Position numbers and translations under genes: made by a program. Of a DNA stretch of 64,000 nt, positions 45,663-54,272 are shown piece by piece. The notes under the pieces are model-generated. The model saw nothing but the letters and a program-made list of their open reading frames with translations, made no database searches and had not been told where the DNA came from. Numbering within the stretch: the stretch's first letter is position 1; every line of letters starts with the position of its first letter. Source of the DNA: Longimicrobiales bacterium (GTDB lineage Bacteria > Gemmatimonadota > Gemmatimonadetes > Longimicrobiales > Gaopeijiaceae); contig CBDBCF010000001.1 of assembly GCA_965202985.1 (NCBI GenBank), positions 2,624,001 to 2,688,000 on the forward strand, written 5' to 3'.

Positions 45663-46577
45663 ATGTCCCAGACGGCGCTGGCGCTGGCCCTGGGCGCGGG
45701 GCTCCTTCACGCCGCCTGGAACCTGATCCTCAAGGGCGCGCCCGACCGCCTCCTGGTTGCGGCGTGGGGACTGCTCGCGGGAGCGGCGCTCTTCTCGCCG
45801 GCACTGATCGCGGCGTGGCCGGTGCCGGCGTCGGTGTGGCCATTTGCCTGCGCCAGCGCCACGGTGCTGCTTGGGTACTACGTCTGCCTGGCCCGCGCCT
45901 ACGAACGGGGCGACTTCTCCCTGGTCTACCCGGTCGCACGGGGCGCCGCGCCCGCCCTGCTGACGCTTTGGGCGGCGCTTTTTCTGGGGGAGCGGCCCTC
46001 GGCCCCGGGGCTCCTGGGGATCGCCACGATCCTGGCCGGGCTGGCGGTTGTGGGCGGCGCGCCGCTGTGGCTGGCGGCGGACGCGGTGCAGGCGAAGGAC
46101 GGGGGCTCGAGGCTGCATGCGCTCCGCTCCCATGCGCGGGGGGCCGGCGTCGCGTTCATGGTGGCGCTCCTGGTCTCGGTCTACACGGCGGTGGACGCGG
46201 CTGGGGTCCGTCGGTGGTCCCCCTTGCCCTACTTGGTGCTGGTGTTCGCCCTCTCGGGGTCGGTCCTGGTGCCGTTGCTGGCGCTGCGAGAGGTGCTGGC
46301 CCGCCGCGGCGGTGACGGCCGGGGCCGCGTCCTCCATGTGCTCCGCACCGACTGGCTCCGAATCGTCGCCGTCGCCACGATGACGCTGGGGGCGTACGCG
46401 CTCGTGCTCGAGGCGTTCCGGATCGCGCCGGTCAGCTACGCGGGAGCGGTCCGGGAGTCGGGCGTCGTCTTCGGCGCCCTGGCGGGTTGGCTGCTGCTGG
46501 GAGAGCGATTCGGCCGAGTGCGCGCGGCGGGCGCGACGCTGGTGTTTGCGGGGATCGCCCTGCTGGCCGCCCGTTAG
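45663..46577 (+). CDS. DMT/EamA-family transporter
   Basis: LHAAWN, AYERGDFSLVYPVARG, LFLGE, AVRESGVVFG, LLGE. Confidence 0.88.
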   Translation: MSQTALALALGAGLLHAAWNLILKGAPDRLLVAAWGLLAGAALFSPALIAAWPVPASVWPFACASATVLLGYYVCLARAYERGDFSLVYPVARGAAPALLTLWAALFLGERPSAPGLLGIATILAGLAVVGGAPLWLAADAVQAKDGGSRLHALRSHARGAGVAFMVALLVSVYTAVDAAGVRRWSPLPYLVLVFALSGSVLVPLLALREVLARRGGDGRGRVLHVLRTDWLRIVAVATMTLGAYALVLEAFRIAPVSYAGAVRESGVVFGALAGWLLLGERFGRVRAAGATLVFAGIALLAAR

Positions 46578-46750
46578 TCTCGCTTGCCGCCCGGACGACC
46601 CGACCGGCACCAGCGTGCGAGTCCGTCTAGATTGAAAGACGCGACGAACCTCCCGAAGGAGGACATGATGGTGTTCGCCCGCCCGATTTCACCGCGTCCT
46701 GCGACGCGCCGTCTTGTCGCGGGCCGTCTCGCCGCCGACTGCCGTTAGGA

Positions 46751-48334
46751 ATGCGCCGCTTCAACACCTCGGGCCCCGTGGTGGCCGAGGACCACTACCG
46801 CGTCCCGCCGTTGGACAGGCTGGACCTCGCCGAAATCCGGCAGCTGATCGACCGCAAGCATTACTTCGTCCTCCACGCGCCCCGGCAGACGGGCAAGACG
46901 TCCGCTCTGCTGGCGCTCAAGGACCTGCTGAACGCCGAGGACGCTTGTCGTTGCGTGTACGTCAACGTCGAAGGAGCCCAGACGGCGCGCGAAGACGTCG
47001 ATGCGGCGATCCGCACCGTTCTCAACGAGCTGGCCAGACGGGCCCTGAACGCGGTGGGTGACGACTACCTGGAAGAGACGTGGCCGGCAGTTCTGGCCAA
47101 GGCCGGCGGCCACAGCGCCCTCGGCGACGCCCTCGGCCGCTGGGCACGCGCCGCCCCGAAGCCGCTGGTGCTGCTGATCGACGAGATCGACGCGCTGGTG
47201 GGCGACTCGCTGCTGGCCGTGCTGCGGCAGCTGCGGGCGGGCTACGACCTGCGCCCCGCGGGCTTTCCTCAGAGCGTAGTCCTCTGCGGCGTCCGCGACG
47301 TGCGGGACTACCGCATCTACTCGGGCTCGGCCCAGACGATGGTGGCCGGCGGCAGCGCGTTCAACATCAAGGCCGAGTCGCTGCGCCTGGGCGACTTCTC
47401 TCGGAACGAGGTGCGCGACCTGCTCGGACAGCACACCGCCGAAACCGGCCAGCCGTTCACCGACGGCGCAATGGAGACGGTCTGGACGCAGACACGAGGC
47501 CAGCCGTGGCTGGTCAACGCGCTCGCCTACGAGGCGTGCTTCCGAGGCGACTTGGCCGCCGACCGATCGCGGCCCGTGACCGAAGCGGACGTGATCGACG
47601 CCCGCGAGGCGCTGATCCTGCGCCGCGACACGCACCTGGACCAGCTGACCGACAAACTGAGCGAGGACCGCGTCTGGCGAGTGGTGGAGCCAATCCTGGC
47701 CGGCGCCGGCGAGTCCAGCTACACCGCTCGGGACGTGGAATACGCACGCGACCTGGGGCTGATCGCCCGCGACCCGCCGATCCGCATCGCCAACCCCATC
47801 TACGCCGAAGTCGTACCGCGGGAGCTGACTTGGCTGGCCCAGGACGACCTTCCCAACGACCCGGCCTGGTACGTGGACGCCTCCGGCGCGCTGCTGCTGG
47901 GCAAGCTGCTGGAGGCGTTTCAGCAGTTCTACCGGGAGCACTCGGAGCACTGGATCGAGCGCTACGGCTTCAAGGAAGCGGGGCCGCAGTTGCTCCTGCA
48001 GGCGTTCCTGCAGCGGGTCGTCAACAGCGGGGGGCGGATCGAGCGGGAGTACGCGCTGGGCAGCGGGCGCACCGACCTGCTTGTCGTCTGGCCGGAGGGC
48101 GAGCGGGTGCGCAAGTACGTCGTCGAGTGCAAGGTCAAGCACGAGCGCCGGGGCCTAGAGCGCACAGTGGCCGAGGGCGCGGAGCAGACGGCGGCCTACA
48201 TGGACCGCTGCGGCGCCGAAGCGGGGCACTTGATCGTGTTCGACCGCAGCGACGAGCGCACCTGGGCCGAAAAGGTGTTTCGAGATCGCCGAGCGGCGCC
48301 GGACGGCGCCGAGATCGCCGTGTGGGGGATGTGA
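46751..48334 (+). CDS. P-loop ATPase fused to C-terminal PD-(D/E)XK nuclease-like domain, copy 1
   Basis: FNTSGP, Walker A HAPRQTGKTS, Walker B LLIDEID, GSAFNIK, GQPWLVN, IANPIY, EREYALGSGRTDL...VVECK. Confidence 0.85.
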   Translation: MRRFNTSGPVVAEDHYRVPPLDRLDLAEIRQLIDRKHYFVLHAPRQTGKTSALLALKDLLNAEDACRCVYVNVEGAQTAREDVDAAIRTVLNELARRALNAVGDDYLEETWPAVLAKAGGHSALGDALGRWARAAPKPLVLLIDEIDALVGDSLLAVLRQLRAGYDLRPAGFPQSVVLCGVRDVRDYRIYSGSAQTMVAGGSAFNIKAESLRLGDFSRNEVRDLLGQHTAETGQPFTDGAMETVWTQTRGQPWLVNALAYEACFRGDLAADRSRPVTEADVIDAREALILRRDTHLDQLTDKLSEDRVWRVVEPILAGAGESSYTARDVEYARDLGLIARDPPIRIANPIYAEVVPRELTWLAQDDLPNDPAWYVDASGALLLGKLLEAFQQFYREHSEHWIERYGFKEAGPQLLLQAFLQRVVNSGGRIEREYALGSGRTDLLVVWPEGERVRKYVVECKVKHERRGLERTVAEGAEQTAAYMDRCGAEAGHLIVFDRSDERTWAEKVFRDRRAAPDGAEIAVWGM

Positions 48335-49533
48335 TGCGGTTCGCGAAGTCCCGGCCGGTACTGGCCGCCGTACTTGTTGCGGCGTGCTCCGGCGGCGCGG
48401 AGAACGTCGTGCCTTCCGAGGTCGAACGGCGAGACAGCGCCGGCGTCCGCATCGTGGAGAGCAGTCGCCCCGCTTGGGGAGATTCGAGCAGGTGGCATAT
48501 CGACCCCTCGCCCATCCTCGACTTGGCGGCGTCCGGTACGGGCGATCCGCACGTGTTTGATCAGGTGCGCGGCGTGGTTCGCTTGTCGGACGGCTCCATC
48601 GCGGTTGCCAACGGCGGGTCGCGCGAAGTCCGCTTCTATTCGCCCGACGGCAAGTTCCGCGCGGCCACGGGCCGGGAGGGCGAAGGCCCCGGCGAGTTCA
48701 CGAACATGCGCGGCGTCTCGCTGACCACGTCCGACACGTTGCTCGTGCTCGACTACGATGGGCGCATGACGGTTCTTGGCCCCGACGGAACTTTGGCGCG
48801 GGTCGTTCGCTTGCCGGGTTACGTGGTCTCGATTCATGCGCTGGGGGACGCGGAGGTCGTGGCGGTGTTCGGCTATGCGTCGGTGGTCGAGTACCAAGGC
48901 GCCGGCGGAATGATTCGACGCCCCAATGCGCTCTGGCGTTACGACATTGGCGGCACGCGACTGGACAGCATTGGGCGAACCGCGGGCTACGAGGAGTACA
49001 TGTTCGTCTTGGAGGGCGGACGCAGCGGGGCGGCCCCGCCAATGTTCGGCCGGAGAGCGCACGTAGTCGCCCACGGCAATGCCATCTTTCGCGGCAACGG
49101 CAACGCGATGCAGATCGAGGAGTTGTCTCCGTCGGGCCGGTTGTTGCGCATACTCCGGGTGGTCGACTACCCCTTGGACTTGACGCAGGACGTTGTCGCC
49201 GCCGAACGCGCGGCTCGCTTGGGCGTCGACCCGCACCCTCTTGTGCGTCAGATCGTCGATCAGTTGCCGGACCCCGAAAGGCGTCCCGCATATGCACAAA
49301 TTCGGGTGGACGCGGGGGCCGCGATTTGGCTGCGTCCGTACCTGGGCCGGAGCGAGCAGGGAGGACCGGAAGCCTGGCAAGTGTTGGATTCCACCGGGAC
49401 GTGGCTTGGAACGGTGGACGTGATGGAAGGACTGCGGGTCATGAGCGTGGAGAGAGACGTCTTGATCGGCGTGTGGACGGACTCGCTCGGGGTCGAGCAC
49501 CCGCGCGTCCATAGACTGCGGCGGGATCGGTGA
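48334..49533 (+). CDS. Six-bladed beta-propeller lipoprotein
   Basis: VLVAAC lipobox, RDSAGVRIVES, GREGEGPGEF, G.WLG.V, W.DSLGVE. Confidence 0.8.
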   Translation: MRFAKSRPVLAAVLVAACSGGAENVVPSEVERRDSAGVRIVESSRPAWGDSSRWHIDPSPILDLAASGTGDPHVFDQVRGVVRLSDGSIAVANGGSREVRFYSPDGKFRAATGREGEGPGEFTNMRGVSLTTSDTLLVLDYDGRMTVLGPDGTLARVVRLPGYVVSIHALGDAEVVAVFGYASVVEYQGAGGMIRRPNALWRYDIGGTRLDSIGRTAGYEEYMFVLEGGRSGAAPPMFGRRAHVVAHGNAIFRGNGNAMQIEELSPSGRLLRILRVVDYPLDLTQDVVAAERAARLGVDPHPLVRQIVDQLPDPERRPAYAQIRVDAGAAIWLRPYLGRSEQGGPEAWQVLDSTGTWLGTVDVMEGLRVMSVERDVLIGVWTDSLGVEHPRVHRLRRDR

Positions 49534-50273
49534 TCAAAATGAATGCGGCAAGGGGGAGCTTGGTCGTCTGCGCCGTCTTGCATGTCGTCGGCATGGTTCA
49601 CGACGTTGCTGCACAGAGCATTCGGGGACGCGCGTCGGACATGTCGACGGGGGGACCGATTGCCTATGCCGAAGTTGCGTTGCTGGACCGAGACGAACTG
49701 CCGGTCGTGGCCGTGCTGTCCGATTCCGAGGGCCGCTTCGTGTTGGAGGCGCCCGGTGGAGGCGAATACTACGTTGCCATGCAGCGCATCGGCTACATGA
49801 CGGTCCGCTCGCCGCTGATCGCGGTCACGGAAGGGGCGACGTACGACTTGGAGTTGGAGGCCGCGCCCGAGGCGGTTCCGCTGCGGGGTCTGGACGTGTT
49901 CGCGGGCTTGCAGACCACCGTGAATTGGTTGCGTCGCGAGCTTGGCAACCATCCGAACGCCATGAAGGGCTTCCGACTGCTTCGGGGCGCCCGGCTGGAA
50001 GAAGCCAAGGCGAGGAGCAAGGACAACACGGGGATGCTGCGCCGGCTGTACATTCCCGTGTCCCATGCCCGACGCGTGTGCGTGCTTGCTCTGTTCGACG
50101 CCTGCGGGCAGTTGTACGTGGACGGGCGTTGGATCCCCAACGAGCACATCGACCGCATCGACATGGAATCGATCTCGATGGTCGTGACCGTACGGGAGGG
50201 TGGCGCGCGGGTGTATCTGTTCACGTCGGAATTCGATTGGAAGAGACATTGGAACCCCCCCGACCGGCAGTGA
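49530..50273 (+). CDS. Secreted carboxypeptidase-regulatory-like domain protein, copy A
   Basis: Signal peptide, QSIRGRASD..TGGPI..AEV.L, SDSEGRF, RIGY; C-terminal plug-like LYVDG...I. Confidence 0.75.
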   Translation: MIKMNAARGSLVVCAVLHVVGMVHDVAAQSIRGRASDMSTGGPIAYAEVALLDRDELPVVAVLSDSEGRFVLEAPGGGEYYVAMQRIGYMTVRSPLIAVTEGATYDLELEAAPEAVPLRGLDVFAGLQTTVNWLRRELGNHPNAMKGFRLLRGARLEEAKARSKDNTGMLRRLYIPVSHARRVCVLALFDACGQLYVDGRWIPNEHIDRIDMESISMVVTVREGGARVYLFTSEFDWKRHWNPPDRQ

Positions 50274-51025
50274 CCGGCGCACCGTCCGCGCGTTGCGTCC
50301 CGCGCAGGACAAGTCGGGCAGGTCGCTGCTTGTGCGCCTGGACTCTTACGACCTTGACCTGCGTCGCAGCCCGAGACGCCGTCGCGCAGGAGCTTCGCGG
50401 ACGCGCGGTGGACGCACACGGCGGAGGTCCCGTAGCCTTTGGGGAAGCCGCCCTGCTTTCCGACGACGGCATACCCGTTGCAGCGGTCGTGGCCGATTCC
50501 GCAGGCCGCTTCGTCTTGCGTGCGCCGGTTGCCGGCGAATATCGCGTGGTCGTCCACCGTTACGGGTACGAGGAGACGCGATCGCCCCTCATGATCTTGG
50601 AGGACGGACGCGCCTACGAGATCGAAGTCGAGGTCCGGCCGCTGCCTGTGTCGCTTCCCGGCGTGGAGTTGTCGGTCGTCAACGAAGCGGAGACGATCCA
50701 GTGGCTGCGACGAGCATGGGGCGGCCACCCCAACGCCGCCAAGGGCTTCCGGCTGATCCAGGGGGCGCGGCTGGAAGAGGCCAAGTCGAAGAGCGACGAC
50801 AACACGGAGATGCTGCGCTGGCTGTACATTCCCGTGTCCCACGGGCGCCGCGTGTGCGTGCTTTCGTTGTTCGACGATTGCGGCCAGCTGTACGTGAACG
50901 GGCGATGGACGCCCAACGAGCACATCGACCGCATCGACCTGAACTCGATTGCGGTAGTGGTGACGACAGGTCGGAAGCGCGGGTCCGTGTACTTGTTCAC
51001 CCACGACTTCGACTGGAAGCGGTAG
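50270..51025 (+). CDS. Secreted carboxypeptidase-regulatory-like domain protein, copy B
   Basis: GTGA overlap with copy A; QELRGRAVD, ADSAGRF, RYGY; C-terminal half very similar to copy A. Confidence 0.75.
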   Translation: MTGAPSARCVPRRTSRAGRCLCAWTLTTLTCVAARDAVAQELRGRAVDAHGGGPVAFGEAALLSDDGIPVAAVVADSAGRFVLRAPVAGEYRVVVHRYGYEETRSPLMILEDGRAYEIEVEVRPLPVSLPGVELSVVNEAETIQWLRRAWGGHPNAAKGFRLIQGARLEEAKSKSDDNTEMLRWLYIPVSHGRRVCVLSLFDDCGQLYVNGRWTPNEHIDRIDLNSIAVVVTTGRKRGSVYLFTHDFDWKR

Positions 51026-51131
51026 CGGGACCGGCACGCCGATCGCGCGATTCGCTATCTTGCAGGGCATGAACGGGGCGTGCGCCCGCCAGCTTGTGCG
51101 CGCTCGAACCCTCCAGCGACGGCCGACGCGA

Positions 51132-52709
51132 ATGCGCTTCTTCAACACGACCGGCCCGGTGGTTGCAGCGGACCACTACCACATTCCGCCTCTCGGCCGC
51201 CTGGACTTGGCCGGGGTTCGCCGGATGATTGCCGAGAAGCGCTACTTCGTCCTTCACGCGCCCCGCCAGACGGGGAAGACGTCGTCCTTGCTGGCCCTTC
51301 GGGACTTGCTCAACGCCGAGGGCGCGCATCGCTGCGTCTACGTGAACGTGGAAGGCGCCCAGGTTGCGCGCGAGGACGTGGAGGAGGCGATGCGCACGGT
51401 GCTGGGCGAACTGGCGGACCGAGCGACTGACGCGCTGGGCGACGACACGCTGGAGGCGATCTGGCCGGATATGCTGACCACTCGCGGCCCTCACGGCGCA
51501 CTCCGGCAAAGCCTCAGCCGCTGGGTGCGCGCCGGCGACAAGCCGCTGGTGCTCCTCGTCGACGAGATCGACGCTTTGGTGGGCGATTCCCTGCTGTCCG
51601 TGCTGCGCCAGCTGCGGGCGGGCTACGACATGCGCCCCCGGGCGTTCCCTCAGAGCGTGATCTTGTGCGGGGTGCGCGACGTTCGGGACTACCGCATCCA
51701 CTCGAGCTCGGCGAACACGATGATCGCGGGCGGCAGCGCCTTCAATGTAAAGGCCAGGTCGATGCGGCTGGGCGACTTCTCCCGGCAAGACGTCCACGCC
51801 CTGCTGGGCCAGCACACGGAGGAGACGGGGCAGGGGTTCGCGGACGACGCGCTGGAAGCGATTTGGCGCCGGAGTCGGGGTCAGCCGTGGCTGGTGAACG
51901 CGCTTGCGTACGATATGTGCTTCCGCGGCGCGGGCGGGGTGGACCGGCTGCGGCCGTTGACGAGAGCCGACGTGCTGGCGGCCCAGGAAGCGCTGATCCT
52001 GCGTCGCGAGACGCACCTGGACCAGCTGGCGGACAAGCTGCAGGAGGATCGGGTGCGGAGGGTCGTGGAGCCGCTGCTGACCGGGGCCGGAAGCACGGAA
52101 TCGTCGGAGCGGGACGTCGAATACGTTCGAGACCTGGGTCTGGTGGCGCACGACAGGCCGCTTCGGATAGCGAATCCGATCTATGCGGAGGTGGTTCCCA
52201 GGAAGCTGACTTGGATGGCGCAGGAGGAGCTGGCCCAGGAACCGGCGTGGTACGTGACCGAGGCGGGCGGATTGCGGATGGACAAGCTGCTGGGGGCGTT
52301 CCAGGAGTTCTTTCGGCAGCATTCCGAGCACTGGGTGGAGCGATTCCAGTACAGGGAGGCGGGTCCGCAACTGCTGTTGCAGGCATTCCTGCAGAGGGTC
52401 GTGAACAGCGGGGGCCGAATCGAGCGGGAGTACGGGCTGGGACGGGGTCGAACCGACCTGCTGGTGGAGTGGCCGGAGGGCGATGGCGTCCGCAGGCACG
52501 TGGTCGAATGCAAAGTGCTGCACAAAGGGATGGAGCGAACCCTGGTCGAGGGCGTGGAGCAGACCGCCGCGTACATGGACCGCTGCGGCGGCGAGACGGG
52601 ACACCTGGTCGTATTCGACCGGCGAGAGGGCCGAAGCTGGGACGAGAAGGTGTTCCGGCTCGCCCGGAAGGCCCAAGGCGGAGCGAAGATCGAAGTCTGG
52701 GGGATGTGA
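51132..52709 (+). CDS. P-loop ATPase fused to PD-(D/E)XK nuclease-like domain, copy 2
   Basis: Colinear paralogue of 46751..48334 (FNTTGP, HAPRQTGKTS, LLVDEID, EREYGLGRGRTDL, VVECK, VWGM end). Confidence 0.85.
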   Translation: MRFFNTTGPVVAADHYHIPPLGRLDLAGVRRMIAEKRYFVLHAPRQTGKTSSLLALRDLLNAEGAHRCVYVNVEGAQVAREDVEEAMRTVLGELADRATDALGDDTLEAIWPDMLTTRGPHGALRQSLSRWVRAGDKPLVLLVDEIDALVGDSLLSVLRQLRAGYDMRPRAFPQSVILCGVRDVRDYRIHSSSANTMIAGGSAFNVKARSMRLGDFSRQDVHALLGQHTEETGQGFADDALEAIWRRSRGQPWLVNALAYDMCFRGAGGVDRLRPLTRADVLAAQEALILRRETHLDQLADKLQEDRVRRVVEPLLTGAGSTESSERDVEYVRDLGLVAHDRPLRIANPIYAEVVPRKLTWMAQEELAQEPAWYVTEAGGLRMDKLLGAFQEFFRQHSEHWVERFQYREAGPQLLLQAFLQRVVNSGGRIEREYGLGRGRTDLLVEWPEGDGVRRHVVECKVLHKGMERTLVEGVEQTAAYMDRCGGETGHLVVFDRREGRSWDEKVFRLARKAQGGAKIEVWGM

Positions 52710-52818
52710 GGCGGGCGCTGGGAGCGATCGGGGCTTCGGCGACTTGGGCAGTTCGCCCGCCGCGCGGCTATACTGTTGCTTGTGCGGCCGAGGCCGGCCG
52801 CCGGCTGCTTCCGATTCC

Positions 52819-52901
52819 GCCGGGGTGGTGAAACGGTATACACAGGGGACTTAAAATCCCCCGGGGCAATCCCCATGCGGGTTCGATTCCCGCCCCCGGC
52901 A
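52819..52901 (+). tRNA. tRNA-Leu(TAA)
   Basis: Acceptor stem GCCGGGG/CCCCGGC plus A; anticodon arm GGGGA-CTTAAAA-TCCCC; long variable arm GGGG-CAAT-CCCC; T-arm GCGGG-TTCGATT-CCCGC; CCA not encoded; TATACT at 52769-52774. Confidence 0.95.
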
Positions 52902-52963
52902 CTTGGAGCGGCGTGTCGCCTTCGCCGCCGCCCCCCCGGAGCACCTGCGCGGGACGCGCGAAG

Positions 52964-54217
52964 TCAGTTCCTGCGATAGGAGCCGACCGGCGGCAGCCGC
53001 GCGCCCGTTCCGCCCGGCGGCTCGTCTTCCTCCACCACCGGCACCGTGAGCGTGCCGATCCCGTCGATCGTCGCCTCGATCACGTCGCCGGGCTGGAGGA
53101 AGCGCTGCTCGCCCCGGACGGCGGTGCCCATGCCGACGCCGCCGGAAGTCCCGTTGTTGATCACGTCGCCGGGGAAGAGCGTGATGATCGACGAACCGTA
53201 TTCGATCAGCTCCCATAGCGTGTGGATCATGTCGCCGGCGCGGGCCTCCTGCATCTGCTCGCCGCCCACGCTCAGGGTCTGGCGCAGCTTCTCCATCGGG
53301 TCGCCGTAGAACTCCTTGGGGACGATCCACGGTCCCATGGGCGCGAAGGTGTCGTGGCCCTTGCCCACGAACCAGTCGGAGCGCAGCGGGTTGCCGCCGG
53401 GGGGACGTCCGCCCCGGTCCGAGATGTCCAGCGTCACGGTGTAGCCGAACACGTAGTCCTGGGCGTCGTCCGCCGACACGTACTTCGCGGCTCGCCCGAT
53501 CACTGCGCCCAGCTCCACTTCCCAGTCGGTCCGATCTCGGCCCCACGGGATCACCACCGCGTCCCCGTCGCCCACGACCGCGCCCCGGCTGGGCTTCAGG
53601 AAGAGGTACGGCACGCCCCGGTTCTCTCGGCGCTGCCGCCGCGCCTCGGCGCGGTCCTCGGGCGTCCCCGACTCCTCCACGTGACTGTAGAAGTTGACGG
53701 CGGCGTTGAGGATCTTGCCTGGGTAAAGGATCGGCGGCAGCGTGCGCACGTCGCCGACGGCGTGGACGTAGGCGGGGCGCTCGTCCGCATCGAGGGCGCC
53801 GGCGGCCGCCAAGTGGTTCACGATCTCGTAGAGACGCCGCTTGACGCCGTAGTCGTACCGCTCGATGACCCCCAGCATGTCGGCTGGCATGGGGAAGGGC
53901 GGGTAGGTCGGGTTCCCCTCCAGCGTCCGGTTGGCGGCTCGGGCGTCCACGACCCACGCGTCGCGCAGGACGACTCCCACGCGCGCGTCGCCGTCGATCT
54001 CGAAGGTGCCGACCTTGAAGGGCTCGGCGACGTCGTGCAGGCCGGCCCGCGCGTCGTCCCGCACTGCGGCCCCCGTCGTCGTCGGGGCTTGGGCCAGGGC
54101 GGGCGCTGACGCGGTGGTCCAGCAGGTCGCGGCAAGGCCCAACGCAAGGGCGCGCGCGCCCTTGGCGACGCCGGCATCGAGCGCGGCGCGACGAGCGTTC
54201 CGGTAGAAGAAGCGCAT
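52964..54217 (-). CDS. Fumarylacetoacetate-hydrolase-family protein with apparent signal peptide
   Basis: GKILNAAVNFYSH, PYLFLKP, DWEVEL, FGYTVTLDISDR, GKGHDTFAPMGP, TLFPGDVINNGTSGGVG, FLQPGD. Confidence 0.9.
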   Translation of the reverse strand: MRFFYRNARRAALDAGVAKGARALALGLAATCWTTASAPALAQAPTTTGAAVRDDARAGLHDVAEPFKVGTFEIDGDARVGVVLRDAWVVDARAANRTLEGNPTYPPFPMPADMLGVIERYDYGVKRRLYEIVNHLAAAGALDADERPAYVHAVGDVRTLPPILYPGKILNAAVNFYSHVEESGTPEDRAEARRQRRENRGVPYLFLKPSRGAVVGDGDAVVIPWGRDRTDWEVELGAVIGRAAKYVSADDAQDYVFGYTVTLDISDRGGRPPGGNPLRSDWFVGKGHDTFAPMGPWIVPKEFYGDPMEKLRQTLSVGGEQMQEARAGDMIHTLWELIEYGSSIITLFPGDVINNGTSGGVGMGTAVRGEQRFLQPGDVIEATIDGIGTLTVPVVEEDEPPGGTGARLPPVGSYRRN

Positions 54218-54272
54218 GGCGGCCAACTTCGCGCCGGCCGGGGAACAAGGCAAACGCCCTGCCTGCGCGCCG

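Noticed and set aside
46578..52901. tRNA-anchored integrative island
   Set aside because: The accessory genes lie on the 5' side of the tRNA; I found no duplicated tRNA end and no integrase in the window
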